From assembly GCF_003334785.1 (NCBI RefSeq), contig NZ_QOWV01000026.1: 37,730 nucleotides of DNA, one strand, 5' to 3'. Shown here one piece after another: positions 1 to 9,817 of this stretch. Each line of letters begins with the position of its first letter. Within the stretch, counting starts at the first letter, position 1. The translations under genes were made by a program, and so were the position numbers. Below the pieces are notes generated by a model that saw only the letters and a program-made list of their open reading frames with translations, was not told the DNA's origin and searched no databases. Source of the stretch: Escherichia coli (GTDB lineage Bacteria; Pseudomonadota; Gammaproteobacteria; Enterobacterales; Enterobacteriaceae).

Positions 1-102
1 GCTGAACTGTTGCTGGAAGACTACAAAGCCTCCCTGAAATATCTCAGCGATCACCCGAAACTGCAGGGTATTGCCCAACAGAACAGCTTTAAACATACCT
101 GA
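1..102 (+). CDS. gadB: glutamate decarboxylase beta, 3' end only (partial CDS)
   Basis: Frame 1 reads [33 protein letters not shown] then TGA at 100-102; I recognise this as the GadA/GadB C-terminus; gadC follows as in the gadBC operon. Confidence 0.85.
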
Positions 103-122
103 TAACGTTTAACGGTAACGGT

Positions 123-148
123 GTCCCGAAACGAACCCGTTTCGGGAC
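123..148 (+). promoter_or_regulatory. intercistronic stem-loop between gadB and gadC (perfect 11-bp stem, 4-nt loop), no U-tract
   Basis: gtcccgaaacg / aacc / cgtttcgggac inverted repeat read directly; not followed by a T-run, so more likely an mRNA processing or stability element than a terminator. Confidence 0.4.
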
Positions 149-257
149 AATTTCCAAAGTCTGTTCACTGGCATTAGCAACGGAAAATATTGTTCTGAAT
201 ACGCTTCAGAACAAAACAGGTGCGGTTCCGACAGGAATACCGTTTTAGGGGGATAAT

Positions 258-1793
258 ATGGCTACATCAGTACAGACAGGTAAAGCTAAGCAGCTCACAT
301 TACTTGGATTCTTTGCCATAACGGCATCGATGGTAATGGCTGTTTATGAATACCCTACCTTCGCAACATCGGGCTTTTCATTAGTCTTCTTCCTGCTATT
401 AGGCGGGATTTTATGGTTTATTCCCGTGGGACTTTGTGCTGCGGAAATGGCCACCGTCGACGGCTGGGAAGAAGGTGGTGTCTTCGCCTGGGTATCAAAT
501 ACTCTGGGGCCGAGATGGGGATTTGCAGCGATCTCATTTGGCTATCTGCAAATCGCCATTGGTTTTATTCCGATGCTCTATTTCGTGTTAGGGGCACTCT
601 CCTACATCCTGAAATGGCCAGCGCTGAATGAAGACCCCATTACCAAAACTATTGCAGCACTCATCATTCTTTGGGCGCTGGCATTAACGCAGTTTGGTGG
701 CACGAAATACACGGCGCGAATTGCTAAAGTTGGCTTCTTCGCCGGTATCCTGTTACCTGCATTTATTTTGATCGCATTAGCGGCTATTTATCTGCACTCC
801 GGTGCCCCCGTTGCTATCGAAATGGATTCGAAGACCTTCTTCCCTGACTTCTCTAAAGTGGGCACCCTGGTAGTATTTGTTGCCTTCATTTTGAGTTATA
901 TGGGCGTAGAAGCATCCGCAACCCACGTCAATGAAATGAGCAACCCAGGGCGCGACTATCCGTTGGCTATGTTACTGCTGATGGTGGCGGCAATCTGCTT
1001 AAGCTCTGTTGGTGGTTTGTCTATTGCGATGGTCATTCCGGGTAATGAAATCAACCTCTCCGCAGGGGTAATGCAAACCTTTACCGTTCTGATGTCCCAT
1101 GTGGCACCAGAAATTGAGTGGACGGTTCGCGTGATCTCCGCACTGCTGTTGCTGGGTGTTCTGGCGGAAATCGCCTCCTGGATTGTTGGTCCTTCTCGCG
1201 GGATGTATGTCACAGCGCAGAAAAACCTGCTGCCAGCGGCATTCGCTAAAATGAACAAAAATGGCGTACCGGTAACGCTGGTCATTTCGCAGCTGGTGAT
1301 TACGTCTATCGCGTTGATCATCCTCACCAATACCGGTGGCGGTAACAACATGTCCTTCCTGATCGCACTGGCGCTGACGGTGGTGATTTATCTGTGTGCT
1401 TATTTCATGCTGTTTATTGGCTACATTGTGTTGGTTCTTAAACATCCTGACTTAAAACGCACATTTAATATCCCTGGTGGTAAAGGGGTGAAACTGGTCG
1501 TGGCAATTGTCGGTCTGCTGACTTCAATTATGGCGTTTATTGTTTCCTTCCTGCCGCCGGATAACATCCAGGGTGATTCTACCGATATGTATGTTGAATT
1601 ACTGGTTGTTAGTTTCCTGGTGGTACTTGCCCTGCCCTTTATTCTCTATGCTGTTCATGATCGTAAAGGCAAAGCAAATACCGGCGTCACTCTGGAGCCA
1701 ATCAACAGTCAGAACGCACCAAAAGGTCACTTCTTCCTGCACCCGCGTGCACGTTCACCACACTATATTGTGATGAATGACAAGAAACACTAA
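258..1793 (+). CDS. gadC: glutamate:GABA antiporter (APC family)
   Basis: 511-aa ORF, N-terminus [19 protein letters not shown], polytopic hydrophobic protein; position immediately downstream of gadB. Confidence 0.96.
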   Translation: MATSVQTGKAKQLTLLGFFAITASMVMAVYEYPTFATSGFSLVFFLLLGGILWFIPVGLCAAEMATVDGWEEGGVFAWVSNTLGPRWGFAAISFGYLQIAIGFIPMLYFVLGALSYILKWPALNEDPITKTIAALIILWALALTQFGGTKYTARIAKVGFFAGILLPAFILIALAAIYLHSGAPVAIEMDSKTFFPDFSKVGTLVVFVAFILSYMGVEASATHVNEMSNPGRDYPLAMLLLMVAAICLSSVGGLSIAMVIPGNEINLSAGVMQTFTVLMSHVAPEIEWTVRVISALLLLGVLAEIASWIVGPSRGMYVTAQKNLLPAAFAKMNKNGVPVTLVISQLVITSIALIILTNTGGGNNMSFLIALALTVVIYLCAYFMLFIGYIVLVLKHPDLKRTFNIPGGKGVKLVVAIVGLLTSIMAFIVSFLPPDNIQGDSTDMYVELLVVSFLVVLALPFILYAVHDRKGKANTGVTLEPINSQNAPKGHFFLHPRARSPHYIVMNDKKH

Positions 1794-1818
1794 CCATGTC
1801 TGAATGGTTATAAGACAA

Positions 1819-1846
1819 GGGAGCGATAATTCATCGCTCCCTTTTT
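1819..1846 (+). terminator. Rho-independent terminator after gadC
   Basis: gggagcgat / aattc / atcgctccc hairpin followed by TTTTT, 26 bp after the gadC stop. Confidence 0.7.
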
Positions 1847-1923
1847 CGTGCTTGCTGTCGTATTGACTTAACGGGGATAAGTACGAGAATGAGCGCACAT
1901 CTGTTTACCGGAAACCAGCACAT

Positions 1924-3243
1924 ATGGATATCTGCTCCCGAAACAAGAAATTAACGATTAGAAGACCAGCGATACTAGTTGCACTGGCACTTTTACTGTG
2001 TAGTTGTAAAAGCACGCCTCCAGAGTCCATGGTGACACCACCAGCAGGTTCAAAGCCACCAGCCACGACGCAACAATCGTCACAACCGATGCGTGGCATC
2101 TGGCTGGCCACGGTTTCTCGGCTCGACTGGCCACCGGTTTCCTCGGTTAACATTAGTAACCCCACCAGCCGGGCCCGTGTACAACAACAGGCGATGATCG
2201 ACAAACTGGATCATCTGCAACGTCTCGGCATAAACACGGTCTTTTTCCAGGTCAAGCCGGACGGTACCGCCCTGTGGCCATCGAAAATTTTGCCGTGGTC
2301 CGATCTTATGACCGGTAAGATTGGTGAAAATCCGGGTTACGATCCGCTGCAATTTATGCTCGACGAAGCCCACAAGCGTGGGATGAAAGTACACGCCTGG
2401 TTTAACCCCTATCGCGTATCGGTTAATACGAAGCCCAGTACTATCAGGGAACTGAATAGCACTCTGTCTCAACAACCGGCGAGCGTCTATGTGCAACACC
2501 GCGACTGGATCAGAACGTCTGGCGATCGCTTTGTCCTCGACCCGGGCATCCCTGAGGTTCAGGACTGGATCACATCAATAGTCGCAGAAGTGGTTTCCCG
2601 CTATCCCGTAGATGGCGTGCAGTTTGACGACTATTTCTATACGGAGTCACCGGGTTCACGGCTAAATGATAACGAAACGTACCGTAAATACGGAGGCGCA
2701 TTTGCGTCAAAAGCAGACTGGCGGCGCAACAATACTCAGCAGTTAATTGCAAAGGTATCGCACACCATTAAAAGCATTAAGCCGGGAGTCGAATTTGGTG
2801 TTAGCCCGGCAGGCGTGTGGCGTAACCGATCACACGATCCGCTCGGTTCCGATACCCGAGGCGCGGCAGCCTATGACGAATCCTACGCTGACACCCGTCG
2901 ATGGGTGGAACAAGGATTGCTGGATTACATTGCTCCCCAAATTTACTGGCCGTTCTCACGGAGTGCCGCGCGTTATGACGTGTTGGCAAAATGGTGGGCG
3001 GATGTCGTTAAACCGACCAGGACCCGCCTGTATATCGGTATCGCCTTCTATAAAGTGGGTGAACCTTCAAAGATAGAGCCAGACTGGATGATTAACGGCG
3101 GCGTACCGGAACTGAAAAAGCAGCTCGATCTTAACGATGCTGTGCCCGAAATTAGCGGCACCATCTTGTTCCGTGAGGACTATCTGAATAAACCGCAGAC
3201 TCAACAAGCGGTCAGCTATCTGCAAAGTCGCTGGGGCAGTTAA
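1924..3243 (+). CDS. yddW: lipoprotein, glycosyl-hydrolase-like family 10 (YddW/DigH, divisome-associated peptidoglycan glycosidase)
   Basis: 439-aa ORF; N-terminal signal with lipobox-like LLLCSC; length and sequence match my memory of YddW. Confidence 0.88.
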   Translation: MDICSRNKKLTIRRPAILVALALLLCSCKSTPPESMVTPPAGSKPPATTQQSSQPMRGIWLATVSRLDWPPVSSVNISNPTSRARVQQQAMIDKLDHLQRLGINTVFFQVKPDGTALWPSKILPWSDLMTGKIGENPGYDPLQFMLDEAHKRGMKVHAWFNPYRVSVNTKPSTIRELNSTLSQQPASVYVQHRDWIRTSGDRFVLDPGIPEVQDWITSIVAEVVSRYPVDGVQFDDYFYTESPGSRLNDNETYRKYGGAFASKADWRRNNTQQLIAKVSHTIKSIKPGVEFGVSPAGVWRNRSHDPLGSDTRGAAAYDESYADTRRWVEQGLLDYIAPQIYWPFSRSAARYDVLAKWWADVVKPTRTRLYIGIAFYKVGEPSKIEPDWMINGGVPELKKQLDLNDAVPEISGTILFREDYLNKPQTQQAVSYLQSRWGS

Positions 3244-3260
3244 ACTCCCATTCTTACTTT

Positions 3261-3296
3261 GTAACAAGCCGGTGCTTTACCCACCGGCTTGTTACC
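3261..3296 (+). terminator. stem-loop (perfect 14-bp stem) downstream of yddW; weak U-tract
   Basis: gtaacaagccggtg / ctttaccc / caccggcttgttac read directly, 18 bp after the yddW stop. Confidence 0.5.
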
Positions 3297-3606
3297 CTCT
3301 TAAACTATCCCACTAATAATCATGCTTACTTAAGTCAAATTAACCACACTTAGTTAAACAGCCATAAATCCCTAATAAAAATGTATGAATATGAAAAACC
3401 ATACGATATTCGCTGTCACCGAAAAATAATTACGATGGGCTATACTCTTCTGAAGAACAGTAGCGTAGATTGAAACTGTCCTAAATCGCTTATTTCTTTT
3501 CAGTATATCTTCATATTTCAGGAGAATATGGTGCAGTTAGTCGATCTCGCACGTTGCGTTTCATTTTGATTCCGTCTGATTTCCCAGCCTTATAAGGGTG
3601 TGAATT

Positions 3607-4989
3607 ATGGAGATGTATTTTAAAAGAATGAAAGATGAGTGGACCGGACTTGTCGAACAGGCAGATCCGCCCATTCGTGCTAAAGCCGCGGAAATTGCCG
3701 TTGCGCATGCTCATTATCTGAGTATCGAGTTTTATCGAATTGTCCGCATCGACCCGCATGCCGAAGAATTCTTGAGTAATGAACAAGTTGAGCGGCAGTT
3801 GAAGAGTGCGATGGAACGCTGGATTATTAACGTGCTTTCTGCCCAGGTTGACGATGTCGAAAGGCTAATACAAATCCAGCATACCGTCGCGGAAGTGCAT
3901 GCCCGCATAGGAATTCCGGTAGAAATTGTCGAGATGGGGTTTCGGGTGCTGAAAAAAATCCTCTATCCGGTGATCTTCTCTTCGGATTATTCCGCCGCAG
4001 AAAAACTTCAGGTCTACCATTTCTCGATTAACAGTATTGATATCGCGATGGAAGTGATGACTCGCGCGTTTACCTTTAGTGACAGTAGTGCCTCAAAGGA
4101 AGATGAAAACTATCGTATCTTCTCGTTACTGGAAAACGCCGAAGAAGAAAAAGAACGGCAAATAGCCTCAATACTTTCATGGGAAATAGATATTATCTAT
4201 AAAATCCTGCTGGATTCTGATTTAGGCAGTAGTTTGCCTTTAAGCCAGGCTGATTTTGGCCTGTGGTTTAACCATAAAGGTCGACATTATTTTAGTGGTA
4301 TTGCCGAAGTAGGCCATATCTCCCGTCTGATTCAGGATTTCGACGGTATTTTCAATCAAACCATGCGTAACACCAGAAATTTGAATAACAGAAGTCTGCG
4401 GGTGAAATTTTTATTACAGATAAGAAATACCGTATCGCAAATTATTACCTTGCTGCGTGAATTGTTTGAAGAAGTATCGCGCCACGAAGTCGGTATGGAT
4501 GTACTGACGAAATTACTTAACCGCCGTTTCCTACCGACTATCTTCAAACGCGAAATTGCCCATGCCAACCGGACCGGTACACCGCTGTCAGTGCTGATTA
4601 TTGACGTTGATAAATTCAAAGAGATCAACGATACGTGGGGCCATAACACTGGTGATGAAATTCTGCGTAAAGTCTCTCAGGCCTTTTATGACAACGTCCG
4701 CAGTAGTGATTATGTTTTCCGCTACGGGGGCGATGAATTTATCATTGTTTTGACTGAAGCTTCTGAAAACGAAACGTTACGTACCGCAGAACGTATTCGC
4801 AGTCGGGTGGAGAAAACCAAACTGAAAGCCGCAAACGGCGAAGATATTGCCCTCTCACTTTCCATCGGTGCCGCCATGTTTAATGGTCATCCTGACTATG
4901 AGCGCCTCATTCAAATAGCCGATGAAGCTCTGTATATCGCCAAAAGACGAGGTAGAAACCGTGTTGAACTCTGGAAAGCCAGTCTTTAG
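3607..4989 (+). CDS. dosC: globin-coupled diguanylate cyclase (oxygen sensor, GGDEF)
   Basis: 460-aa ORF; GGDEF motif RYGGDEFIIV present in C-terminal half; N-terminal sensor domain; followed directly by dosP. Confidence 0.94.
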   Translation: MEMYFKRMKDEWTGLVEQADPPIRAKAAEIAVAHAHYLSIEFYRIVRIDPHAEEFLSNEQVERQLKSAMERWIINVLSAQVDDVERLIQIQHTVAEVHARIGIPVEIVEMGFRVLKKILYPVIFSSDYSAAEKLQVYHFSINSIDIAMEVMTRAFTFSDSSASKEDENYRIFSLLENAEEEKERQIASILSWEIDIIYKILLDSDLGSSLPLSQADFGLWFNHKGRHYFSGIAEVGHISRLIQDFDGIFNQTMRNTRNLNNRSLRVKFLLQIRNTVSQIITLLRELFEEVSRHEVGMDVLTKLLNRRFLPTIFKREIAHANRTGTPLSVLIIDVDKFKEINDTWGHNTGDEILRKVSQAFYDNVRSSDYVFRYGGDEFIIVLTEASENETLRTAERIRSRVEKTKLKAANGEDIALSLSIGAAMFNGHPDYERLIQIADEALYIAKRRGRNRVELWKASL

Positions 4990-5013
4990 ATGCGCCAGGA
5001 TGCAGAGGTAATC

Positions 5014-7413
5014 ATGAAGCTAACCGATGCGGATAATGCCGCCGATGGCATTTTTTTCCCCGCCCTTGAGCAAAATATGATGGGTGCGGTGTTAATTAAC
5101 GAAAATGATGAAGTGATGTTTTTCAACCCCGCCGCAGAGAAGCTCTGGGGATACAAACGTGAAGAAGTCATTGGCAATAACATTGATATGCTGATTCCGC
5201 GGGATTTGCGTCCTGCGCATCCTGAATACATTCGTCACAACCGTGAAGGCGGTAAAGCGCGTGTTGAGGGGATGAGTCGGGAGCTGCAGCTGGAGAAAAA
5301 AGACGGCAGTAAAATCTGGACCCGTTTTGCGCTATCGAAAGTGAGCGCCGAGGGGAAAGTTTATTACCTGGCGCTGGTACGGGATGCCAGCGTAGAAATG
5401 GCGCAAAAAGAACAGACCCGACAATTGATTATTGCCGTTGACCATCTCGACCGACCGGTGATTGTCCTCGATCCGGAACGCCATATTGTGCAGTGCAATC
5501 GCGCATTTACCGAAATGTTTGGTTACTGCATTAGCGAAGCCAGCGGTATGCAGCCCGATACACTCCTGAACATTCCTGAATTCCCTGCCGATAACCGCAT
5601 TCGTTTACAACAGTTGCTATGGAAAACCGCCCGCGATCAGGACGAATTTCTGCTGTTGACGCGCACCGGTGAAAAAATCTGGATTAAAGCCTCTATCAGC
5701 CCGGTTTATGACGTGCTCGCGCATCTGCAGAACCTGGTAATGACTTTCTCGGATATCACCGAAGAACGGCAGATTCGCCAGCTTGAAGGCAATATTCTCG
5801 CCGCCATGTGCAGCAGCCCGCCATTTCATGAAATGGGGGAAATCATTTGTCGTAACATCGAATCTGTACTCAACGAATCGCATGTTTCGCTGTTCGCACT
5901 GCGCAACGGGATGCCGATACACTGGGCGTCATCTTCCCACGGTGCAGAAATTCAAAATGCGCAAAGCTGGTCAGCGACCATTCGTCAGCGTGATGGCGCG
6001 CCTGCGGGGATCCTGCAAATTAAAACCTCGTCAGGAGCAGAAACCAGCGCCTTTATCGAACGCGTGGCAGATATCAGCCAGCATATGGCCGCGCTGGCGC
6101 TGGAACAGGAAAAAAGCCGTCAGCATATTGAACAACTCATCCAATTTGATCCGATGACCGGTCTGCCAAATCGCAATAACCTGCACAATTACCTCGATGA
6201 CCTGGTCGACAAAGCCGTCTCTCCCGTGGTGTATCTCATCGGTGTTGACCATATTCAGGATGTGATTGATAGCCTTGGCTATGCGTGGGCCGATCAGGCA
6301 TTGCTGGAAGTGGTCAATCGCTTTCGTGAAAAACTCAAACCGGATCAGTATCTCTGTCGTATCGAAGGTACGCAGTTTGTCCTCGTGAGCCTCGAAAACG
6401 ACGTCAGTAACATTACCCAAATCGCCGATGAGCTACGGAATGTGGTCAGCAAGCCGATAATGATTGACGATAAACCCTTCCCGCTTACCTTGAGTATTGG
6501 CATCAGCTACGACCTGGGTAAAAACCGCGATTACTTGCTCTCCACTGCTCACAATGCAATGGATTATATTCGCAAGAATGGCGGTAACGGCTGGCAGTTC
6601 TTCAGCCCGGCGATGAACGAAATGGTAAAAGAGCGTTTGGTTTTAGGCGCAGCGCTGAAAGAAGCGATTAGCAATAACCAACTGAAACTGGTTTACCAGC
6701 CGCAAATCTTCGCAGAAACGGGTGAACTGTACGGCATCGAAGCCCTTGCTCGCTGGCACGATCCCCTGCATGGTCATGTGCCCCCTTCACGGTTTATTCC
6801 TCTCGCAGAAGAGATTGGTGAAATCGAAAATATTGGGCGCTGGGTCATCGCGGAAGCTTGCCGTCAGTTAGCAGAATGGCGTAGCCAGAATATTCATATC
6901 CCGGCGTTATCCGTGAACTTGTCGGCGCTGCACTTTCGCAGTAATCAACTGCCTAATCAGGTGTCTGATGCAATGCACGCCTGGGGTATTGACGGCCACC
7001 AGCTGACGGTAGAAATCACGGAAAGCATGATGATGGAACACGATACCGAAATCTTTAAGCGCATTCAGATCCTGCGTGATATGGGCGTGGGCTTATCGGT
7101 AGATGATTTTGGTACGGGCTTTTCCGGATTATCCCGCTTAGTCAGTCTTCCGGTAACGGAAATCAAAATTGACAAAAGTTTTGTCGATCGTTGTCTGACC
7201 GAAAAACGCATCCTTGCCTTACTTGAAGCCATTACCAGCATTGGGCAAAGCCTCAATTTAACCGTCGTGGCGGAAGGCGTCGAAACCAAAGAGCAATTTG
7301 AGATGCTACGCAAGATCCACTGTCGCGTTATTCAGGGATATTTCTTTTCCCGCCCCCTACCCGCCGAAGAAATTCCAGGCTGGATGAGCAGCGTGTTACC
7401 GCTGAAAATCTGA
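5014..7413 (+). CDS. dosP: heme-PAS c-di-GMP phosphodiesterase (EAL domain), oxygen sensor
   Basis: Track ORF 4990-7413 (807 aa); I place the start at the internal ATG (MKLTDADNAADGIFF, 799 aa) preceded by a GAGG-like RBS; EAL motif YGIEALARW present; PAS region in N-terminus. Confidence 0.9.
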   Translation: MKLTDADNAADGIFFPALEQNMMGAVLINENDEVMFFNPAAEKLWGYKREEVIGNNIDMLIPRDLRPAHPEYIRHNREGGKARVEGMSRELQLEKKDGSKIWTRFALSKVSAEGKVYYLALVRDASVEMAQKEQTRQLIIAVDHLDRPVIVLDPERHIVQCNRAFTEMFGYCISEASGMQPDTLLNIPEFPADNRIRLQQLLWKTARDQDEFLLLTRTGEKIWIKASISPVYDVLAHLQNLVMTFSDITEERQIRQLEGNILAAMCSSPPFHEMGEIICRNIESVLNESHVSLFALRNGMPIHWASSSHGAEIQNAQSWSATIRQRDGAPAGILQIKTSSGAETSAFIERVADISQHMAALALEQEKSRQHIEQLIQFDPMTGLPNRNNLHNYLDDLVDKAVSPVVYLIGVDHIQDVIDSLGYAWADQALLEVVNRFREKLKPDQYLCRIEGTQFVLVSLENDVSNITQIADELRNVVSKPIMIDDKPFPLTLSIGISYDLGKNRDYLLSTAHNAMDYIRKNGGNGWQFFSPAMNEMVKERLVLGAALKEAISNNQLKLVYQPQIFAETGELYGIEALARWHDPLHGHVPPSRFIPLAEEIGEIENIGRWVIAEACRQLAEWRSQNIHIPALSVNLSALHFRSNQLPNQVSDAMHAWGIDGHQLTVEITESMMMEHDTEIFKRIQILRDMGVGLSVDDFGTGFSGLSRLVSLPVTEIKIDKSFVDRCLTEKRILALLEAITSIGQSLNLTVVAEGVETKEQFEMLRKIHCRVIQGYFFSRPLPAEEIPGWMSSVLPLKI

Positions 7414-7425
7414 CAAATTCCTCTC

Positions 7426-7446
7426 GCCCGCACTCGCGGGTTTTCA
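7426..7446 (+). terminator. short GC stem plus T-run after dosP (weak intrinsic terminator)
   Basis: cccgc / actc / gcggg followed by ttttcattt. Confidence 0.35.
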
Positions 7447-7522
7447 TTTAACGTGACACTGTCACTTAAATACTGTGATTTCAGCTACGATTCCGGGAGA
7501 TTCCTTCCTTAACTTCCCCTCT

Positions 7523-7548
7523 TGCACCAAAACTGCACTACGCTGCAC
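7523..7548 (+). promoter_or_regulatory. three direct TGCAC repeats upstream of the ddpX sigma-54 promoter (possible NtrC-type enhancer half-sites)
   Basis: TGCACCAAAACTGCACTACGCTGCAC; the first repeat matches the NtrC half-site TGCACCA; no good dyad, so uncertain. Confidence 0.3.
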
Positions 7549-7610
7549 AAATGTTGATCAAAAGTTAAAAAATATAACTTTAAGCCAGCATTCTGGCGCT
7601 TATCCCGGCA

Positions 7611-7626
7611 TGGCATGAGATCTGCA
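7611..7626 (+). promoter_or_regulatory. candidate sigma-54 (-24/-12) promoter for ddpXABCDF
   Basis: TGGCATGAGATCTGCA: GG and GC elements with the canonical 12-bp register (consensus TGGCACG-N4-TTGCA), about 45 bp upstream of the ddpX ATG; AT-rich IHF-like spacer between it and the TGCAC repeats. Confidence 0.5.
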
Positions 7627-7670
7627 TAAGCGGAAAGCGCAGCAATTTTTGTCTTATACAGGAACCGTTT

Positions 7671-8252
7671 ATGTCGGATACCACCGAACTGGTTGATTTA
7701 GCCGTAATCTTCCCTGATCTGGAGATCGAATTGAAATACGCCTGCGCTGATAACATCACAGGTAAAGCTATTTATCAGCAAGCGCGTTGTCTGTTACACA
7801 AGGATGCGATTACCGCGCTGGCGAAAAGTATCAGCATCGCCCAGCTGTCAGGGTTACAACTGGTGATTTACGATGCGTATCGCCCACAACAAGCACAGGC
7901 GATGTTGTGGCAAGCCTGCCCAGACCCGCAATATGTTGTTGATGTGACGGTCGGTTCTAATCACAGCCGTGGCACGGCGATCGACCTGACGCTTCGTGAT
8001 GAGCACGGGAACATCCTCGATATGGGCGCAGGGTTCGATGAAATGCACGAGCGCTCCCATGCCTATCACCCTTCCGTCCCGCCCGCCGCTCAGCGCAATC
8101 GGCTGTTGCTGAATGCGATAATGACTGGTGGCGGTTTTGTCGGTATCTCCAGCGAATGGTGGCACTTCGAATTACCCCAGGCAGCGAGTTACCCTCTGCT
8201 CGCTGATCAATTCTCTTGTTTTATATCCCCTGGCACACAGCACGTCAGTTAA
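7671..8252 (+). CDS. ddpX: D-Ala-D-Ala dipeptidase (VanX homolog)
   Basis: 193-aa ORF; zinc-peptidase motif SNHSRGTAIDL present; first gene of ddp operon. Confidence 0.94.
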   Translation: MSDTTELVDLAVIFPDLEIELKYACADNITGKAIYQQARCLLHKDAITALAKSISIAQLSGLQLVIYDAYRPQQAQAMLWQACPDPQYVVDVTVGSNHSRGTAIDLTLRDEHGNILDMGAGFDEMHERSHAYHPSVPPAAQRNRLLLNAIMTGGGFVGISSEWWHFELPQAASYPLLADQFSCFISPGTQHVS

Positions 8253-8265
8253 TCAGGAAACTGTC

Positions 8266-9816
8266 ATGAAGAGATCGATATCGTTTCGTCCCACATTGCT
8301 CGCGCTCGTCCTTGCCACAAATTTCCCGGTTGCGCACGCCGCCGTACCAAAAGATATGCTGGTGATTGGTAAGGCCGCCGATCCACAAACCCTCGACCCG
8401 GCGGTAACAATAGATAATAACGACTGGACAGTGACCTACCCGTCTTATCAGCGGCTGGTTCAGTACAAAACGGACGGTGATAAAGGCTCAACCGACGTTG
8501 AAGGCGATCTGGCAAGTAGCTGGAAAGCGTCTGACGATCAAAAAGAGTGGACGTTCACCCTGAAAGATAATGCTAAATTTGCCGATGGCACACCTGTCAC
8601 TGCCGAAGCAGTAAAACTTTCTTTTGAGCGGCTACTAAAAATCGGCCAGGGGCCAGCAGAAGCATTTCCCAAAGATTTAAAGATTGATGCTCCCGACGAA
8701 CATACGGTGAAGTTTACCCTTAGCCAACCATTCGCACCGTTCCTCTACACGCTGGCGAATGACGGTGCATCCATTATCAATCCGGCGGTCTTAAAGGAAC
8801 ATGCAGCGGATGATGCTCGCGGCTTCCTCGCGCAAAATACCGCCGGTTCCGGACCATTTATGCTGAAAAGCTGGCAAAAAGGTCAGCAATTAGTTCTGGT
8901 GCCAAATCCGCATTACCCAGGCAATAAACCGAACTTCAAACGGGTATCGGTAAAAATTATTGGTGAAAGTGCCTCCCGTCGCCTGCAGCTCTCCCGTGGC
9001 GACATTGACATTGCCGATGCGCTGCCGGTGGATCAACTCAACGCCCTGAAGCAGGAAAATAAAGTCAATGTGGCAGAGTATCCGTCACTGCGCGTTACCT
9101 ATCTGTATCTGAATAACAGCAAAGCGCCTCTTAATCAGGCGGATCTGCGTCGGGCCATTTCCTGGTCTACCGATTATCAGGGCATGGTTAACGGCATTCT
9201 GAGTGGTAACGGAAAACAGATGCGCGGCCCGATTCCGGAAGGCATGTGGGGCTACGATGCGACGGCAATGCAATACAACCATGACGAAACGAAAGCCAAA
9301 GCCGAATGGGATAAAGTGACGAGCAAACCCACCAGCCTGACGTTTCTCTACTCCGATAACGATCCGAACTGGGAGCCTATTGCTCTGGCGACACAATCCA
9401 GTCTCAACAAGCTGGGCATCATTGTGAAGCTGGAAAAGCTGGCGAACGCCACCATGCGCGACAGAGTGGGTAAAGGTGATTACGACATTGCGATTGGCAA
9501 CTGGAGTCCGGATTTTGCCGACCCGTATATGTTTATGAATTACTGGTTTGAGTCAGACAAAAAAGGTCTGCCGGGTAACCGCTCGTTCTATGAAAACAGT
9601 GAGGTCGATAAGTTACTGCGCAATGCGCTTGCGACCACCGACCAGACGCAGCGTACCCGGGACTACCAGCAGGCACAGAAAATCGTCATTGATGACGCTG
9701 CTTATGTGTACCTGTTCCAGAAAAACTACCAACTGGCGATGAACAAAGAGGTGAAAGGCTTTGTGTTCAATCCCATGCTGGAACAGGTCTTCAATATCAA
9801 TACCATGAGTAAATAA
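8266..9816 (+). CDS. ddpA: periplasmic D-Ala-D-Ala dipeptide-binding protein (ABC transporter substrate-binding protein)
   Basis: Track ORF 8128-9816; start placed at internal ATG giving signal peptide MKRSISFRPTLLALVLATNFPVAHA (516 aa); family 5 solute-binding protein. Confidence 0.92.
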   Translation: MKRSISFRPTLLALVLATNFPVAHAAVPKDMLVIGKAADPQTLDPAVTIDNNDWTVTYPSYQRLVQYKTDGDKGSTDVEGDLASSWKASDDQKEWTFTLKDNAKFADGTPVTAEAVKLSFERLLKIGQGPAEAFPKDLKIDAPDEHTVKFTLSQPFAPFLYTLANDGASIINPAVLKEHAADDARGFLAQNTAGSGPFMLKSWQKGQQLVLVPNPHYPGNKPNFKRVSVKIIGESASRRLQLSRGDIDIADALPVDQLNALKQENKVNVAEYPSLRVTYLYLNNSKAPLNQADLRRAISWSTDYQGMVNGILSGNGKQMRGPIPEGMWGYDATAMQYNHDETKAKAEWDKVTSKPTSLTFLYSDNDPNWEPIALATQSSLNKLGIIVKLEKLANATMRDRVGKGDYDIAIGNWSPDFADPYMFMNYWFESDKKGLPGNRSFYENSEVDKLLRNALATTDQTQRTRDYQQAQKIVIDDAAYVYLFQKNYQLAMNKEVKGFVFNPMLEQVFNINTMSK

Positions 9817-9817
9817 C

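Noticed and set aside
3381-3473. 30-codon ORF (MYEYEKPYDIRCHRKII...) in the yddW-dosC intergenic region
   Set aside because: No Shine-Dalgarno sequence, AT-rich context in which short ORFs arise by chance; would need ribosome profiling support
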